64,000 nucleotides of DNA, taken from a virus (taxonomy: Duplodnaviria > Heunggongvirae > Uroviricota > Caudoviricetes). The notes below the pieces were generated by a model. It did not search any database. It had not been told where the DNA came from and worked only from the letters and a program-made list of their open reading frames with translations. Every line of letters starts with the position of its first letter. Within the stretch, counting starts at the first letter, position 1. The translations under genes were made by a program, and so were the position numbers. This document shows positions 1 through 8,044 of this stretch, in pieces. The stretch covers positions 10,951 through 74,950 of IMG/VR virus record IMGVR_UViG_3300037455_000402. One strand, written 5' to 3'.

Positions 1-194
1 AGAATGAAGCCCCTGATATAATACATCTATCCATTCCCCGTTGAATATATCGGGGTCTTCAGGATAAAGATAATCAATTAAGCCAGCTACTGTACTTGGC
101 TCTTCTCTAAGGAGAATGTAGTAAAGCATATCTTCAAGTTTGGTTAACTCTCTGTGAAAGGGAGTATTTTCGATTGTGAGTTCATAGTGTGTCA

Positions 195-521
195 TTAGCA
201 ACACTCTCCCTCGCACTGAGTCTGAAGCTCATTGAGTTCCATCTTTGCTTCAGCCAGTTCTTTAGTGAGTAGTCTTATCTTTTCCTTGAACTGCTTGTTT
301 TCACAAGTGAGCACCTTTATCTGGTCCTCATAAGTTGTACAGTCCTTTTCGTGTTCAGCAGTTTCCTTATCAAGTGCTTCCTGTGCATCGAAGAGCCGCT
401 TTTCAGTCACATTGTACATAGTAAGGAGCTGTCCTTTCTCTTCTTCGCACTTTTTCATTTCATCTTCGAGTTTGAAATAACGAGCCTGAATCTGTAACAA
501 CGCCTGTATTGGATTTGTCAT
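195..521 (-). CDS. hypothetical coiled-coil protein (108 aa)
   Basis: ORF track; heptad-like K/E/L-rich sequence; ATG preceded by GGAGTAAATATG RBS. Confidence 0.55.
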   Translation of the reverse strand: MTNPIQALLQIQARYFKLEDEMKKCEEEKGQLLTMYNVTEKRLFDAQEALDKETAEHEKDCTTYEDQIKVLTCENKQFKEKIRLLTKELAEAKMELNELQTQCEGECC

Positions 522-523
522 AT

Positions 524-880
524 TTACTCCTCACTTTCCTTGTCTGATTCATTGAAGAATACGAGCTTTGTCTCGTAAATCTCGGGATGCTCAACAAAGC
601 CCCATTCAAGAGCTCTCTCACGAATACTCTCAACCAAGTCTGCTTCGAGAATATTCTCATTCGGACGAAGCCAACAAGTCTCAACTATGATAATAGCTGC
701 GCCAGCTTCTGCCGCCATATCTATGAACTGTTCGCTCTGACTGGGGTAATCAGTGTCATCATCAAAAAGGATAAGACCTGCAAGATAACGATTCTTTGTA
801 TCACCTGTTACTTCACGATATTCCTGAATACACCAAGCGTCTTCGCCCCACTTATCACAAGGTAAAAAGTTTATCTGCAT
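524..880 (-). CDS. hypothetical protein
   Basis: ORF track; start moved to ATG (MQINF...) 9 nt downstream of GAGGAGG RBS. Confidence 0.5.
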   Translation of the reverse strand: MQINFLPCDKWGEDAWCIQEYREVTGDTKNRYLAGLILFDDDTDYPSQSEQFIDMAAEAGAAIIIVETCWLRPNENILEADLVESIRERALEWGFVEHPEIYETKLVFFNESDKESEE

Positions 881-881
881 A

Positions 882-1238
882 TTATGCAACCTCCTCAACT
901 ATCATTATCTTAATAAGAGAAAACTCAAAGTCGCCAAAAGCGGCATAGCCATTGCAGTTTTCCTTAAATTCCTTTAACGTATCAGGCAATCTTGAAAGCG
1001 GTTCGCCGCCGCCTGCCTCAAAGTAAAGAGTCTTATTAGTTTCTGAATAGAAAGAAGCAAGCTTTCTTCCGCCGCCATCACACTCTTCACTGTCCCAGAA
1101 AGCATAAAGTAGTTCCTTTCCAAGCAGTTCCATAAAGTAGGCTCTTGCTCTTTCATATGTGGTAAAGATTTTTGTTTCCTGTATATCGAGGTCACTATCA
1201 ATAACAGTGACCAATATCTTTTCGTTTATTCTGTCCAT
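882..1238 (-). CDS. hypothetical protein (118 aa)
   Basis: ORF track; AGGAGAAAATAATG RBS. Confidence 0.55.
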   Translation of the reverse strand: MDRINEKILVTVIDSDLDIQETKIFTTYERARAYFMELLGKELLYAFWDSEECDGGGRKLASFYSETNKTLYFEAGGGEPLSRLPDTLKEFKENCNGYAAFGDFEFSLIKIMIVEEVA

Positions 1239-1462
1239 TATTTTCTCCTTTCAATCTCCATATGGCGGATACTACTACCCGCGGCTTGAGCAGAAGCTTG
1301 AAGCTCCATACTCAGCCATTATCTGATAACCTACATCAACGATGTCTGCATCAGTTGGGTAGAAAGCAAACTTCTCTTCGAAGCACTTCATCTCACCATC
1401 GTTGAATAAAAGATAGTAATTAACTGTATAAGGCATAAATCATTCCTCCGTTCTTTTGGGAA

Positions 1463-1966
1463 TTAATACCATTCCCAGTAGTCAACCTCATCTTCGTCCC
1501 AGTTGATTTCGTTGTAAACTTCCTTGAATTTTTCAAGGTTCACAAAAAGGTCTCTGATGTACCAAGCGTCATAATCTGTGCCGCCGAAGAAGAAACCGCT
1601 TGAAGAAGGGAACTTCTCATTTGCAACCTCGCAGAACTGTTCATATTTTCTGCCGCCGTCCTTTACGAACTTTTCCCAGCTATCAAAGAGTTCTATCCAG
1701 CTCTTTCTACGAGTCTCTTCGTCCTCTTCGTTTTCAATCTGTTCATCGAGCTTCTTGTAGTCAATGTAAAGACCTGTAAGACCGCCGTCTCTTATAACGG
1801 ACTCCATTGTGGAGATTATACCCTCGAAGTTTTCCTGTGTGATTGGGGTAAGTCCGTTATCCTCAAAGTTTTCGAGGTTGTCTGCAAACCATTTACGAAC
1901 TGCGTTTGCCTTTCTCATATAGATTACGTCAACACCGTTAACTCTTATTTCCATATCAAGTCCCAT
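1463..1966 (-). CDS. hypothetical acidic protein (167 aa)
   Basis: ORF track; AGGAGGAAATAATATG RBS. Confidence 0.55.
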   Translation of the reverse strand: MGLDMEIRVNGVDVIYMRKANAVRKWFADNLENFEDNGLTPITQENFEGIISTMESVIRDGGLTGLYIDYKKLDEQIENEEDEETRRKSWIELFDSWEKFVKDGGRKYEQFCEVANEKFPSSSGFFFGGTDYDAWYIRDLFVNLEKFKEVYNEINWDEDEVDYWEWY

Positions 1967-1978
1967 ATTATTTCCTCC

Positions 1979-2359
1979 TTAATTTCTGTAAAAAACATTA
2001 TTGAATGAATAAACTGAATCATTGCTTAGCCCGTTGCTGAGAACAAAACTCAGGACATATACGTCCAAGCCGGGGCTATCAAATACATTATCAGACTCCC
2101 AGTCATCAATCTGATATTCATATTTGTCGCAGAGTGCCCACGCAAAATCTTCGGTGGATATTTCTACGCCCATATCTAAGTCCCAATCATGCTTTTTGAG
2201 ATAGTCTTTGAAGACTTCAACACAGACTTTCGACAAATCTGGAAACATTCTACCAAAGGCATCGTCCCAAGACTCATTGATAGCTCTATCAAGACAAAGA
2301 TAATCGCCACACTCTGAATATATTTCTTCGATGATTTCTTTTACTTCATTAATGTCCAT
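1979..2359 (-). CDS. hypothetical protein
   Basis: ORF track; start set at MDINEVK with AAGGAGAAACAATG RBS. Confidence 0.5.
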   Translation of the reverse strand: MDINEVKEIIEEIYSECGDYLCLDRAINESWDDAFGRMFPDLSKVCVEVFKDYLKKHDWDLDMGVEISTEDFAWALCDKYEYQIDDWESDNVFDSPGLDVYVLSFVLSNGLSNDSVYSFNNVFYRN

Positions 2360-2372
2360 TGTTTCTCCTTTC

Positions 2373-2639
2373 TTAGTGGTCAACACCGTAACCGCTTAAA
2401 ACTATTGTGCCGTCGTCTGTTGCGAACTCGATTAAGCACATCGGCTGCCAGCCTACATAGTGAATGTGTACGACCTTACCGAACTCTGTTACATCATAAA
2501 TGTCATAAGACTCTGAGCAGTAGTCCTGCATATCAATGTAATGAACTAACTCGTCAGGAGTCATTAATGTTGATGTTCTGTACTCGTCCTCAGTGTCGAT
2601 ATCGACAATTCTCTGAACAAGGAATAATCTCTCTTTCAT
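2373..2639 (-). CDS. hypothetical protein (88 aa)
   Basis: ORF track; consensus promoter at 2666-2704 and AGGAAG RBS immediately upstream. Confidence 0.55.
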   Translation of the reverse strand: MKERLFLVQRIVDIDTEDEYRTSTLMTPDELVHYIDMQDYCSESYDIYDVTEFGKVVHIHYVGWQPMCLIEFATDDGTIVLSGYGVDH

Positions 2640-2665
2640 TTTTTAACTTCCTTTCTTAACCTTTT

Positions 2666-2704
2666 CTATATATATTATAACAAAAATTTCTTAAAAAGTA
2701 AATA
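2666..2704 (-). promoter_or_regulatory. sigma70-type consensus promoter (TTTACT-N18-TATAAT), repeat family
   Basis: minus-strand reading TTTACTTTTTAAGAAATTTTTGTTATAATATATAGAAAAGG; member of ~30-copy family. Confidence 0.7.
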
Positions 2705-2773
2705 AGCCGCAAGAATAAAAATTTTAATCTTGCGGCTTACTTTGAAAGAAAGGAAATATTATAGTGAAACTAT

Positions 2774-2850
2774 TGGAGCTCCCGACAGGAATCGAACCTG
2801 CAACCTTCCGCTTACAAGGCGGACGCACTACCTATTGTGCTACAAGAGCA
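2774..2850 (-). tRNA. tRNA-Thr(UGU)
   Basis: cloverleaf by hand; anticodon loop CTTGTAA; T-arm GGTTCGATTCC; G1-C72,C2-G71; CCA encoded. Confidence 0.8.
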
Positions 2851-2952
2851 TCACAAGACGGGGATTTTGATACGGAATTGAACCGTTTGATTTTTTCGGA
2901 ATAGAAATTATTTACCTTAAACTATCAAGTATAGATTGCTGAACCGTCTTAT
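2851..2952 (-). ncRNA. Y-RNA-like structured RNA, short variant (family member a)
   Basis: 5' AAUAAGACGG..CAGCAAUCUAUA box, 3' CCGUCUUGU complementary 7-bp terminal stem; internal T-arm-like ACGGTTCAATTCCGT; flanked by tRNA-Phe and tRNA-Thr. Confidence 0.45.
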
Positions 2953-3028
2953 TGGTGCCGAGGGGGAGAGTCGAACTCCCTACGCCAAGCTCTTCAGGCT
3001 TGCGCTCTACCAGTTGAGCTACCTCGGC
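2953..3028 (-). tRNA. tRNA-Phe(GAA)
   Basis: anticodon loop CTGAAGA; D-arm TAGCTCAACTGGTAGAGC; CCA encoded. Confidence 0.8.
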
Positions 3029-3169
3029 ATTGGTGTCAGTTTTACTTCGCTTTCTTATTTTTTATAGAGGCGTTATCCGCTAAGCCACATATCTGACGCT
3101 CATTGATAAATCGCTGATTGTCTGTCGGTGGTAGTTGAAACTGACAAAATCCGTGTTAACCCCTCTTAA

Positions 3170-3246
3170 TGGTCGGAGATGCGGGACTCGAACCCACAGC
3201 CTCTGCGTCCCAAGCGCAGCCGTCTACCAAATTGGCGTAATCCCCG
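3170..3246 (-). tRNA. tRNA-Pro(UGG)
   Basis: anticodon loop CTTGGGA; C1-G72 typical of bacterial Pro; CCA encoded. Confidence 0.8.
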
Positions 3247-3316
3247 AGGAGTGCGGCATTACCCAGCCGCATGGGTGAATGAAAACATTCCTTTTAATGA
3301 GAACCTTTCGGTTCTT

Positions 3317-3395
3317 TGGTGGAGAAGACGAGCCTCGAACTCGCGACCTCCTGCTTGCAAGGCAGGCGCTCTCCCAGCTGAGCTACAACCCCATT
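3317..3395 (-). tRNA. tRNA-Ala(UGC)-like with imperfect acceptor stem
   Basis: anticodon loop CTTGCAA; G3:U70 present; U5-U68 and U6-U67 mismatches in acceptor (GGGGTTG / CTTCTCC); CCA encoded. Confidence 0.55.
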
Positions 3396-4013
3396 TGACT
3401 TGAAAACTTCATAAAAAATATGATTGCCAGTTTTTATCCTGTACTCATACAACGCTACGCATTATTCAGCCACAGTGACGATAAGTCTGAGCCCCATCCC
3501 CGTCGAGATGAAACTTCTTACCGCAGTTTCCGAAGAAACCCAAGCACTAAGGGGACTCTGTTTACCCCCAACTTTCACCCGTCATTCAGAATATTTGATT
3601 ACTATAAATCTTCTTTAAAGTTTTCAAACCAAACTGAGCCTTGGGCTACTCGCACCACCGTCAGGTTCTTACACGTTTCCGTGTAAGTGTAGGCTCAACT
3701 CCATTATTTTGCGTTCCCTGTATTTGCTCACGTCTTGCGGACGTGGTCTGCAGGGTTATTCCTCACTGAGGCGTCTATTGTTGGAGCAACCAGTTTAGGT
3801 GTGCCATTGCTCACGTTGCACCTGTGCCACGACTTCTCTCTTGATGGCTGGTATACCATCTTGTTCCGCCGCCTTTCGACTTCGGAAAAGAAACCTTATC
3901 AAGGTATCCCTTGACCTGACCTCTCAGCAGTTTCACCGTGCCCTTGCAGAGCTGACTAAGCCCTCATTTTAACACAAGGTTACAACATACTTTTTATGAA
4001 GTTTTCAAGTTTC
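3396..4013 (-). ncRNA. candidate large structured ncRNA (~620 nt; ROOL/GOLLD-like placement)
   Basis: no ORF >90 aa on either strand; 5' ACUUGAAAACUUCAUA and 3' UAUGAAGUUUUCAAGU form a perfect 15-bp terminal stem; sits between tRNA-Ile and tRNA-Ala. Confidence 0.45.
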
Positions 4014-4090
4014 TGGTGCCGCCGAGAAGATTCGAACTTCCGACCTCTCGGTTATCAGCCGAGTGCTCTAACCAACTGAGCTACGACGGC
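4014..4090 (-). tRNA. tRNA-Ile(GAU)
   Basis: anticodon loop CTGATAA; T-arm GGAAGTTCGAATCTTCT; CCA encoded. Confidence 0.8.
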
Positions 4091-4177
4091 ATTTGGTGAA
4101 CCATAAAGTCGGCTCATACTACACATCTATCACCTTTTTTTATAGTAGGAGTCTCATTTGTTCTTAAAACCTACTTG

Positions 4178-4253
4178 ATGGAGCGAGATAAGGGAATCGA
4201 ACCCTCACCCTCTGCATGGCAAGCAGAGATTCTAACCGTTAAACTAATCCCGC
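4178..4253 (-). tRNA. tRNA-Gly(GCC)
   Basis: anticodon loop TTGCCAT; acceptor GCGGGAT/ATCTCGC; CCA encoded. Confidence 0.75.
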
Positions 4254-4321
4254 ATTAATTCCAACTATTAACCGAAGTTGGCACGAGATTGTGAGCAATC
4301 ACCTTGAAAATGCCCGAAGGC

Positions 4322-4410
4322 TGGCGGGAGCGACAGGGTTCGAACCTGCATAGGAAATAAATTTCCGACGGTTAACAGCCGCCTGCCTGAGACCGTTAGG
4401 CTACACTCCC
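4322..4410 (-). tRNA. type-II (long variable arm) tRNA with GUU anticodon, G73 discriminator (Ser-like body, Asn anticodon)
   Basis: acceptor GGGAGTG/CGCTCCC, anticodon stem GGCGG/CCGTC loop CTGTTAA, 13-nt variable hairpin GGAAATTTATTTCC, T-arm GCAGGTTCGAACCCTGT, GCCA end. Confidence 0.5.
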
Positions 4411-4419
4411 ATTTTAAAT

Positions 4420-4495
4420 TGGCGACTCCAACGGGACTCGAACCCGTAACTCCAGCGTGACAGGCTGGTGACTTAACCAGTTAATCGACAGAGCC
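4420..4495 (-). tRNA. tRNA-Asp(GUC)
   Basis: anticodon loop CTGTCAC; T-arm ACGGGTTCGAGTCCCGT; CCA encoded. Confidence 0.75.
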
Positions 4496-4504
4496 ATTAA
4501 TAAT

Positions 4505-4589
4505 TGGTCGGTAGAGAGGGACTCGAACCCCCAACGCCATAGGCAACTGTTTTACAGACAGCTCGCTTAACCAGTTTGCATACCTACCG
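4505..4589 (-). tRNA. tRNA-Tyr(GUA)
   Basis: type II; anticodon loop CTGTAAA; variable arm TGCCTATGGCGTT; C1-G72; CCA encoded. Confidence 0.75.
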
Positions 4590-4686
4590 ATTTGGTTGAC
4601 GTTTAAGTCCGCCGCGCTGCTCATACCCGTTTTTGTTTCTACCGTGAGAACTACATTTGCTCCAAAACTCACTATAAACTTGTCAT

Positions 4687-4763
4687 TGGCGATACCGACG
4701 GGACTCGAACCCGCAACCTCTGGAGTGACAGTCCAGTGCTCTACTCTATTGAACTACGGCACC
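4687..4763 (-). tRNA. tRNA-Asp(GUC), second copy
   Basis: anticodon stem CTGGA/TCCAG loop CTGTCAC; CCA encoded. Confidence 0.75.
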
Positions 4764-5339
4764 ATTAAATAAGCAGGTCATCAAGAGCAGTTGGCTTCGA
4801 ACCAACATCACAGCTTTAACGCTGCATCTTGTCCAGTTAGAAGATACTCTCTATCTGCACAACTTATTTTAACGTGTAGTTGCCAAACACGGTTCTATCT
4901 AACGTAGGTTGTCTCCTCGTTTGTACAAATAAATTCAACTCCAGTAAGTATTCCATTGATTACGTCATTCAGACGTAGAGGGCGTCGAACCCACGACTTA
5001 TCTTTCGTTAAGGCTTTACCTTTCGACTTCTCGTTAGAATTACCCGAACAGCACCACGGGGAGGTGAGAGTCATCGCTGTTCATTGATTGGAAATCATAT
5101 CAGTACGGACGTCCAATCTGGAATACCGATATTCTTTCTACGCCATCAATCAGTGGCGGCTTGTTTTAAGAGCTAATTCAAGTTGTGCTTTCCAACCTTT
5201 TTCACTCAGGTAGTATCTTCACTTGCGAACCTCAGGTTTTCCGAACTTGAAACCTTAGTAAAGCGGGAGGATTTACCTCTTGAAACCCTTCAAAGTCAGA
5301 CATTTTATTTAAAGCTAAGCAAAAATGCCAAAACTTCTC
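4764..5339 (-). ncRNA. ~575-nt non-coding spacer with tRNA-fragment-like hairpins (candidate structured RNA or tRNA pseudogene debris)
   Basis: no credible ORF; contains T-arm-like GGTTCGAAGCCAAC and GGGTTCGACGCCC without complete cloverleaves. Confidence 0.3.
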
Positions 5340-5415
5340 TGGCTGACAAGGTGGGACTCGAACCCACAACCCCGCGGTTAACAGCCGCGTGCTCTGCCAG
5401 TTGAGCTACTCGCCA
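5340..5415 (-). tRNA. tRNA-Asn(GUU)
   Basis: anticodon stem CGCGG/CCGCG loop CTGTTAA; U1-A72 acceptor TGGCGAG/CTTGTCA; CCA encoded. Confidence 0.75.
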
Positions 5416-5455
5416 ATCTGTATTGTAATTATTATGTAGGTTTTCTCAACCTTTT

Positions 5456-5493
5456 CTATAATAATTATATCATAAATTTTCTAAAAAGTCAAT
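5456..5493 (-). promoter_or_regulatory. consensus promoter TTGACT-N17-TATAAT
   Basis: minus strand TTGACTTTTTAGAAAATTTATGATATAAT; drives tRNA-Asn cluster. Confidence 0.7.
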
Positions 5494-5531
5494 TTCTCAA
5501 CTTCTTAAAAATTTTATAATCGAAAGGAATC

Positions 5532-5557
5532 TGGCGGAGTTCAAATCGGTGCCGCCA
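5532..5557. terminator. GC-rich hairpin H1 (GGCGG-N14-CCGCC), terminator-like
   Basis: TGGCGGAGTTCAAATCGGTGCCGCCA; related hairpins at 5584-5608 and 5790-5812 all with TTCAA in loop. Confidence 0.45.
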
Positions 5558-5583
5558 GCCACCAGTTATTTTAGAACGGAGGT

Positions 5584-5608
5584 GGGCGGATTTCAAACAG
5601 CGCCGCCC
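5584..5608. terminator. GC-rich hairpin H2
   Basis: GGGCGGATTTCAAACAGCGCCGCCC followed by T-run on plus strand. Confidence 0.45.
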
Positions 5609-5641
5609 CGCCAGTTGTTTTTGTTTCTTTCTTAACCTTTT

Positions 5642-5679
5642 CTATAAATATTATATCATAGTTTTTAGAAGAAGTCAAG
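5642..5679 (-). promoter_or_regulatory. consensus promoter TTGACT-N17-TATAAT
   Basis: TTGACTTCTTCTAAAAACTATGATATAAT; transcript runs into hairpins H2/H1 with no ORF (possible ~120-nt sRNA). Confidence 0.65.
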
Positions 5680-5708
5680 ATTTTTTAAACTCAAATTTTT
5701 GAAATTAT

Positions 5709-5782
5709 TGGTTGCGGACCGTAGACTCGAACTACGAACTCAAGCTTATGAGGCTTGTATTATGCCATTTCACTAATCCGCA
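5709..5782 (-). tRNA. tRNA-Met/Ile2(CAU)
   Basis: anticodon stem CAAGC/GCTTG loop CTCATAA; U1-A72; CCA encoded. Confidence 0.7.
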
Positions 5783-5789
5783 ATATACT

Positions 5790-5812
5790 GGGGCGGCAGT
5801 TTCAACCGCCCC
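5790..5812 (-). terminator. GC hairpin H3 downstream of CDS 5827-6246
   Basis: GGGGCGGCAGTTTCAACCGCCCC. Confidence 0.45.
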
Positions 5813-5826
5813 GTTTGAGTTCAGAA

Positions 5827-6246
5827 TCAGTCCTCAGCCTCAGCCTTTTCCTTACGCTTAGCCTCGTCCTTAGCAATCTTCTCTGCCTTTGCCTTAGCCT
5901 TCTCTGCGTCCTTAGTTGCCTTTTCAGCTACATAAGTCTCATACTCAGCCTTAGCTGCTGCAAAATCGAAAGCTGTATAAGTCTTCTTATCAGTCTTTCT
6001 GTTTGCGAACTCCTTGACAGTAGGATTGATTGTTACGACGATAGGATTTGTTTCGCCCTCAACCTCGGCAGTATCAACGATAACTGCGATTTCGTTTGTC
6101 TTTGAAGTATTGCCTGTTCTTACCATTGCTACGGCATCTTCGCCATACTCGCCTGCAAGAAAAGCTGTTATCTTCTCGATAACCTCAGTCTTCTTGTCAG
6201 CCTTTACCTTTGTGATTGTGTTTTCCTTAGTAATAACTGTTGCCAT
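5827..6246 (-). CDS. hypothetical protein with Lys/Ala/Glu-rich C-terminal tail (139 aa)
   Basis: ORF track; start at MATVITK with AGAGG RBS; C-terminus KATKDAEKAKAKAEKIAKDEAKRKEKAEAED. Confidence 0.55.
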   Translation of the reverse strand: MATVITKENTITKVKADKKTEVIEKITAFLAGEYGEDAVAMVRTGNTSKTNEIAVIVDTAEVEGETNPIVVTINPTVKEFANRKTDKKTYTAFDFAAAKAEYETYVAEKATKDAEKAKAKAEKIAKDEAKRKEKAEAED

Positions 6247-6319
6247 TTTGTACCTCTTTCTCTCACTTAAGGTCGTGAGCACCATTTAGATTATTTTTGA
6301 AAGGCTTTCTCAACCTTTT

Positions 6320-6357
6320 CTATATATATTATAACAAAGATTTTTGAAAAAGTCAAG
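6320..6357 (-). promoter_or_regulatory. consensus promoter TTGACT-N17-TATAAT
   Basis: TTGACTTTTTCAAAAATCTTTGTTATAAT. Confidence 0.7.
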
Positions 6358-6382
6358 ATTTTATTTTCTTGAAATTTTCAAT

Positions 6383-6458
6383 TGGTGCCGCGGGGCGGAA
6401 TTGAACCGCCGACACGAGGATTTTCAGTCCTCTGCTCTACCTACTGAGCTACCGCGGC
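6383..6458 (-). tRNA. tRNA-Phe(GAA), second copy
   Basis: anticodon stem GAGGA/TCCTC loop CTGAAAA; acceptor GCCGCGG/CCGCGGC; CCA encoded. Confidence 0.75.
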
Positions 6459-6462
6459 ATTT

Positions 6463-6540
6463 TGGTCGGGCATCAGGGACTCGAACCCTGAACTTGCTGA
6501 TTAAGAGTCAGCTACTCTGAACCAATTGAGTTAATGCCCG
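6463..6540 (-). tRNA. tRNA-Lys(CUU)
   Basis: anticodon stem GCTGA/TCAGC loop CTCTTAA; C1-G72; CCA encoded. Confidence 0.7.
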
Positions 6541-6735
6541 ATTATTACTGTTTGACTGACTTGTGTCTTATTCCTAACAGCTTAGGAAGGATATTGTTGA
6601 CCAGTAAATATCCAGAACTGCTGGGGGCTTCTCGCACCGCAGGCACGCCAGTTTTTCATCAGTCAAATGAGGCACTGGAATCTTCCTCAGTCGTTTTCTC
6701 CAAACGGTATGGAGCAGGATAATCGACCAAATCCT

Positions 6736-6812
6736 TGGTCACGGCAACGAGGTTCGAACTCGTATTTCCACCTTGAAAGGGTGGTGTCCTCGACCATTTA
6801 GACGATGCCGCG
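6736..6812 (-). tRNA. tRNA-Glu(UUC)
   Basis: Glu-type D-arm TCGTCTAAATGGTCGAGGAC; anticodon loop CTTTCAA; CCA encoded. Confidence 0.75.
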
Positions 6813-6925
6813 TTCTTAGAAGAGGTTGACCTTGGTATTGCAACCAGCCAGTCGATTTGACAACTCACCCCAGAATCGAACTGAGGCTTCACAAGTGTTT
6901 TGAAATAATCTTTTCTCAACCTTTT

Positions 6926-6963
6926 CTATAATAATTATATCATATTTTTTAGTAAAAGTCAAG
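6926..6963 (-). promoter_or_regulatory. consensus promoter TTGACT-N17-TATAAT
   Basis: TTGACTTTTACTAAAAAATATGATATAAT. Confidence 0.7.
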
Positions 6964-6982
6964 ATTTTTTAAATCTTAATTT

Positions 6983-7330
6983 TTACCATTCTGTGATGTC
7001 GGGGATTCTTTCTACATCTACGTCCCAGTTGTAAAGGTCGTCCTCAGTTGCTTCAGTAACAGTAAAGCCACAGTCAGCAACGAAGTTCTCATACTCACCA
7101 GAATCGTAGAAGCAAGCCTCGCCGCACTCTTCACCACGCTCTTCGTACTCGTCTTCGTCCATATCCTCTGGAGACCACTGAACGAGGTGCTCCCAAGTCT
7201 GAATATAGTCAGGGAGACCTTCGTCTGCCCAAACCTCAGCCTGTTCCTTGCACTTTGCGATTACGAAGTCAGTTTCATCGGTTCCAGCATAGCCGCAACC
7301 GTAAGTTACCTTAAAGATTTTTCCTTCCAT
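6983..7330 (-). CDS. hypothetical acidic protein (115 aa)
   Basis: ORF track; AGAGGAATTAAAAATG RBS. Confidence 0.55.
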   Translation of the reverse strand: MEGKIFKVTYGCGYAGTDETDFVIAKCKEQAEVWADEGLPDYIQTWEHLVQWSPEDMDEDEYEERGEECGEACFYDSGEYENFVADCGFTVTEATEDDLYNWDVDVERIPDITEW

Positions 7331-7355
7331 TTTTAATTCCTCTCTTTCATCTTTT

Positions 7356-7393
7356 CTATAATAATTATATCATAACTTTTTAGAAAAGTCAAG
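7356..7393 (-). promoter_or_regulatory. consensus promoter TTGACT-N17-TATAAT
   Basis: TTGACTTTTCTAAAAAGTTATGATATAAT. Confidence 0.7.
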
Positions 7394-7422
7394 ATTTCTT
7401 TCTTTTTAATTTTTTATTTGAT

Positions 7423-7497
7423 TGGTACCCCCAGAAGGAATCGAACCTTCGTCCCACGCTTAGAAGGCGCGTGCACTATCCGCTGTGCTATGGGGGC
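7423..7497 (-). tRNA. tRNA-Arg(UCU)
   Basis: anticodon stem CGCGC/GCGTG loop CTTCTAA; CCA encoded. Confidence 0.75.
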
Positions 7498-7686
7498 ATT
7501 TATGTGGCAGGTTTAATGTACCTGCCAAGCATTGATGACGAGATTCTTCCAGCCATCAGCTTCATATTTTGGTATGTCTACCTCTGCCGCTTCATGAGAG
7601 CTATAAACCCCGAATTATCTTTGGAGCATTTACATTAATGAAAAGCTCACATTTTGTAATTCCCGTAAGAATGTAAACAGTTTCCA

Positions 7687-7956
7687 TTACTTTTCCTCCC
7701 TCTCAAAATAATCCGCAGGATAACACCAGAAATAGTCGTCGATGTAGAAGTGGTCAAAAGCAAGAAGACCATACTTCTGTTCTCTCTGCTCCTTGATGTT
7801 TGCTTCAAGTTCTGCAAGCAGTTCCTTAGCATCTTCTTCGTTATGATTTTCCTTGATATACTCAACGACATAATCATAAGCAAGATTAATGTCTGAGAAT
7901 ATCTTATAGTTACAGTCGTGGTCTTCAAGAATGAAGAGTTCTCTTACAGGTTTCAT
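7687..7956 (-). CDS. hypothetical protein (89 aa)
   Basis: ORF track; AAGGAAGTAAAACATATG RBS. Confidence 0.55.
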   Translation of the reverse strand: MKPVRELFILEDHDCNYKIFSDINLAYDYVVEYIKENHNEEDAKELLAELEANIKEQREQKYGLLAFDHFYIDDYFWCYPADYFEREEK

Positions 7957-7983
7957 ATGTTTTACTTCCTTTCTCTTAACTTT

Positions 7984-8021
7984 CTATATATATTATATCA
8001 AAAGTTTTCTAAAAAGTAAAG
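7984..8021 (-). promoter_or_regulatory. consensus promoter TTTACT-N17-TATAAT
   Basis: CTTTACTTTTTAGAAAACTTTTGATATAAT. Confidence 0.65.
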
Positions 8022-8044
8022 ATTTTAAAAGCTTTAAATTTTAA

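Noticed and set aside
3179-3403. Plus-strand ORFs 3179-3403, 5183-5404, 13953-14150, 16431-16707 and minus-strand ORFs 8425-8610, 8535-8891, 8984-9238, 9595-9795, 10409-10672, 11399-11686, 13435-13665 inside the RNA island
   Set aside because: They overlap tRNA or tmRNA genes, lack RBS and promoter units, and translate tRNA-like low-complexity sequence (for example GLEPTTPR from GGACTCGAACC motifs).
3317-4090. tRNA-Ile(GAU) and tRNA-Ala(UGC) pair suggested an rRNA operon (16S-Ile-Ala-23S spacer)
   Set aside because: No 16S or 23S signature sequences are present on either side. The two tRNAs are separated by about 620 nt with a perfect terminal helix, and lie inside a much larger tRNA island.
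5532-5608. Hairpins GGCGG...TTCAAATC...CCGCC-AGCCACCA resembled tRNA T-arm plus CCA minihelices on the plus strand
   Set aside because: No acceptor partner and no plus-strand promoter. The same stem family recurs as a terminator after CDS 5827-6246, so these are treated as terminator or sRNA hairpins.
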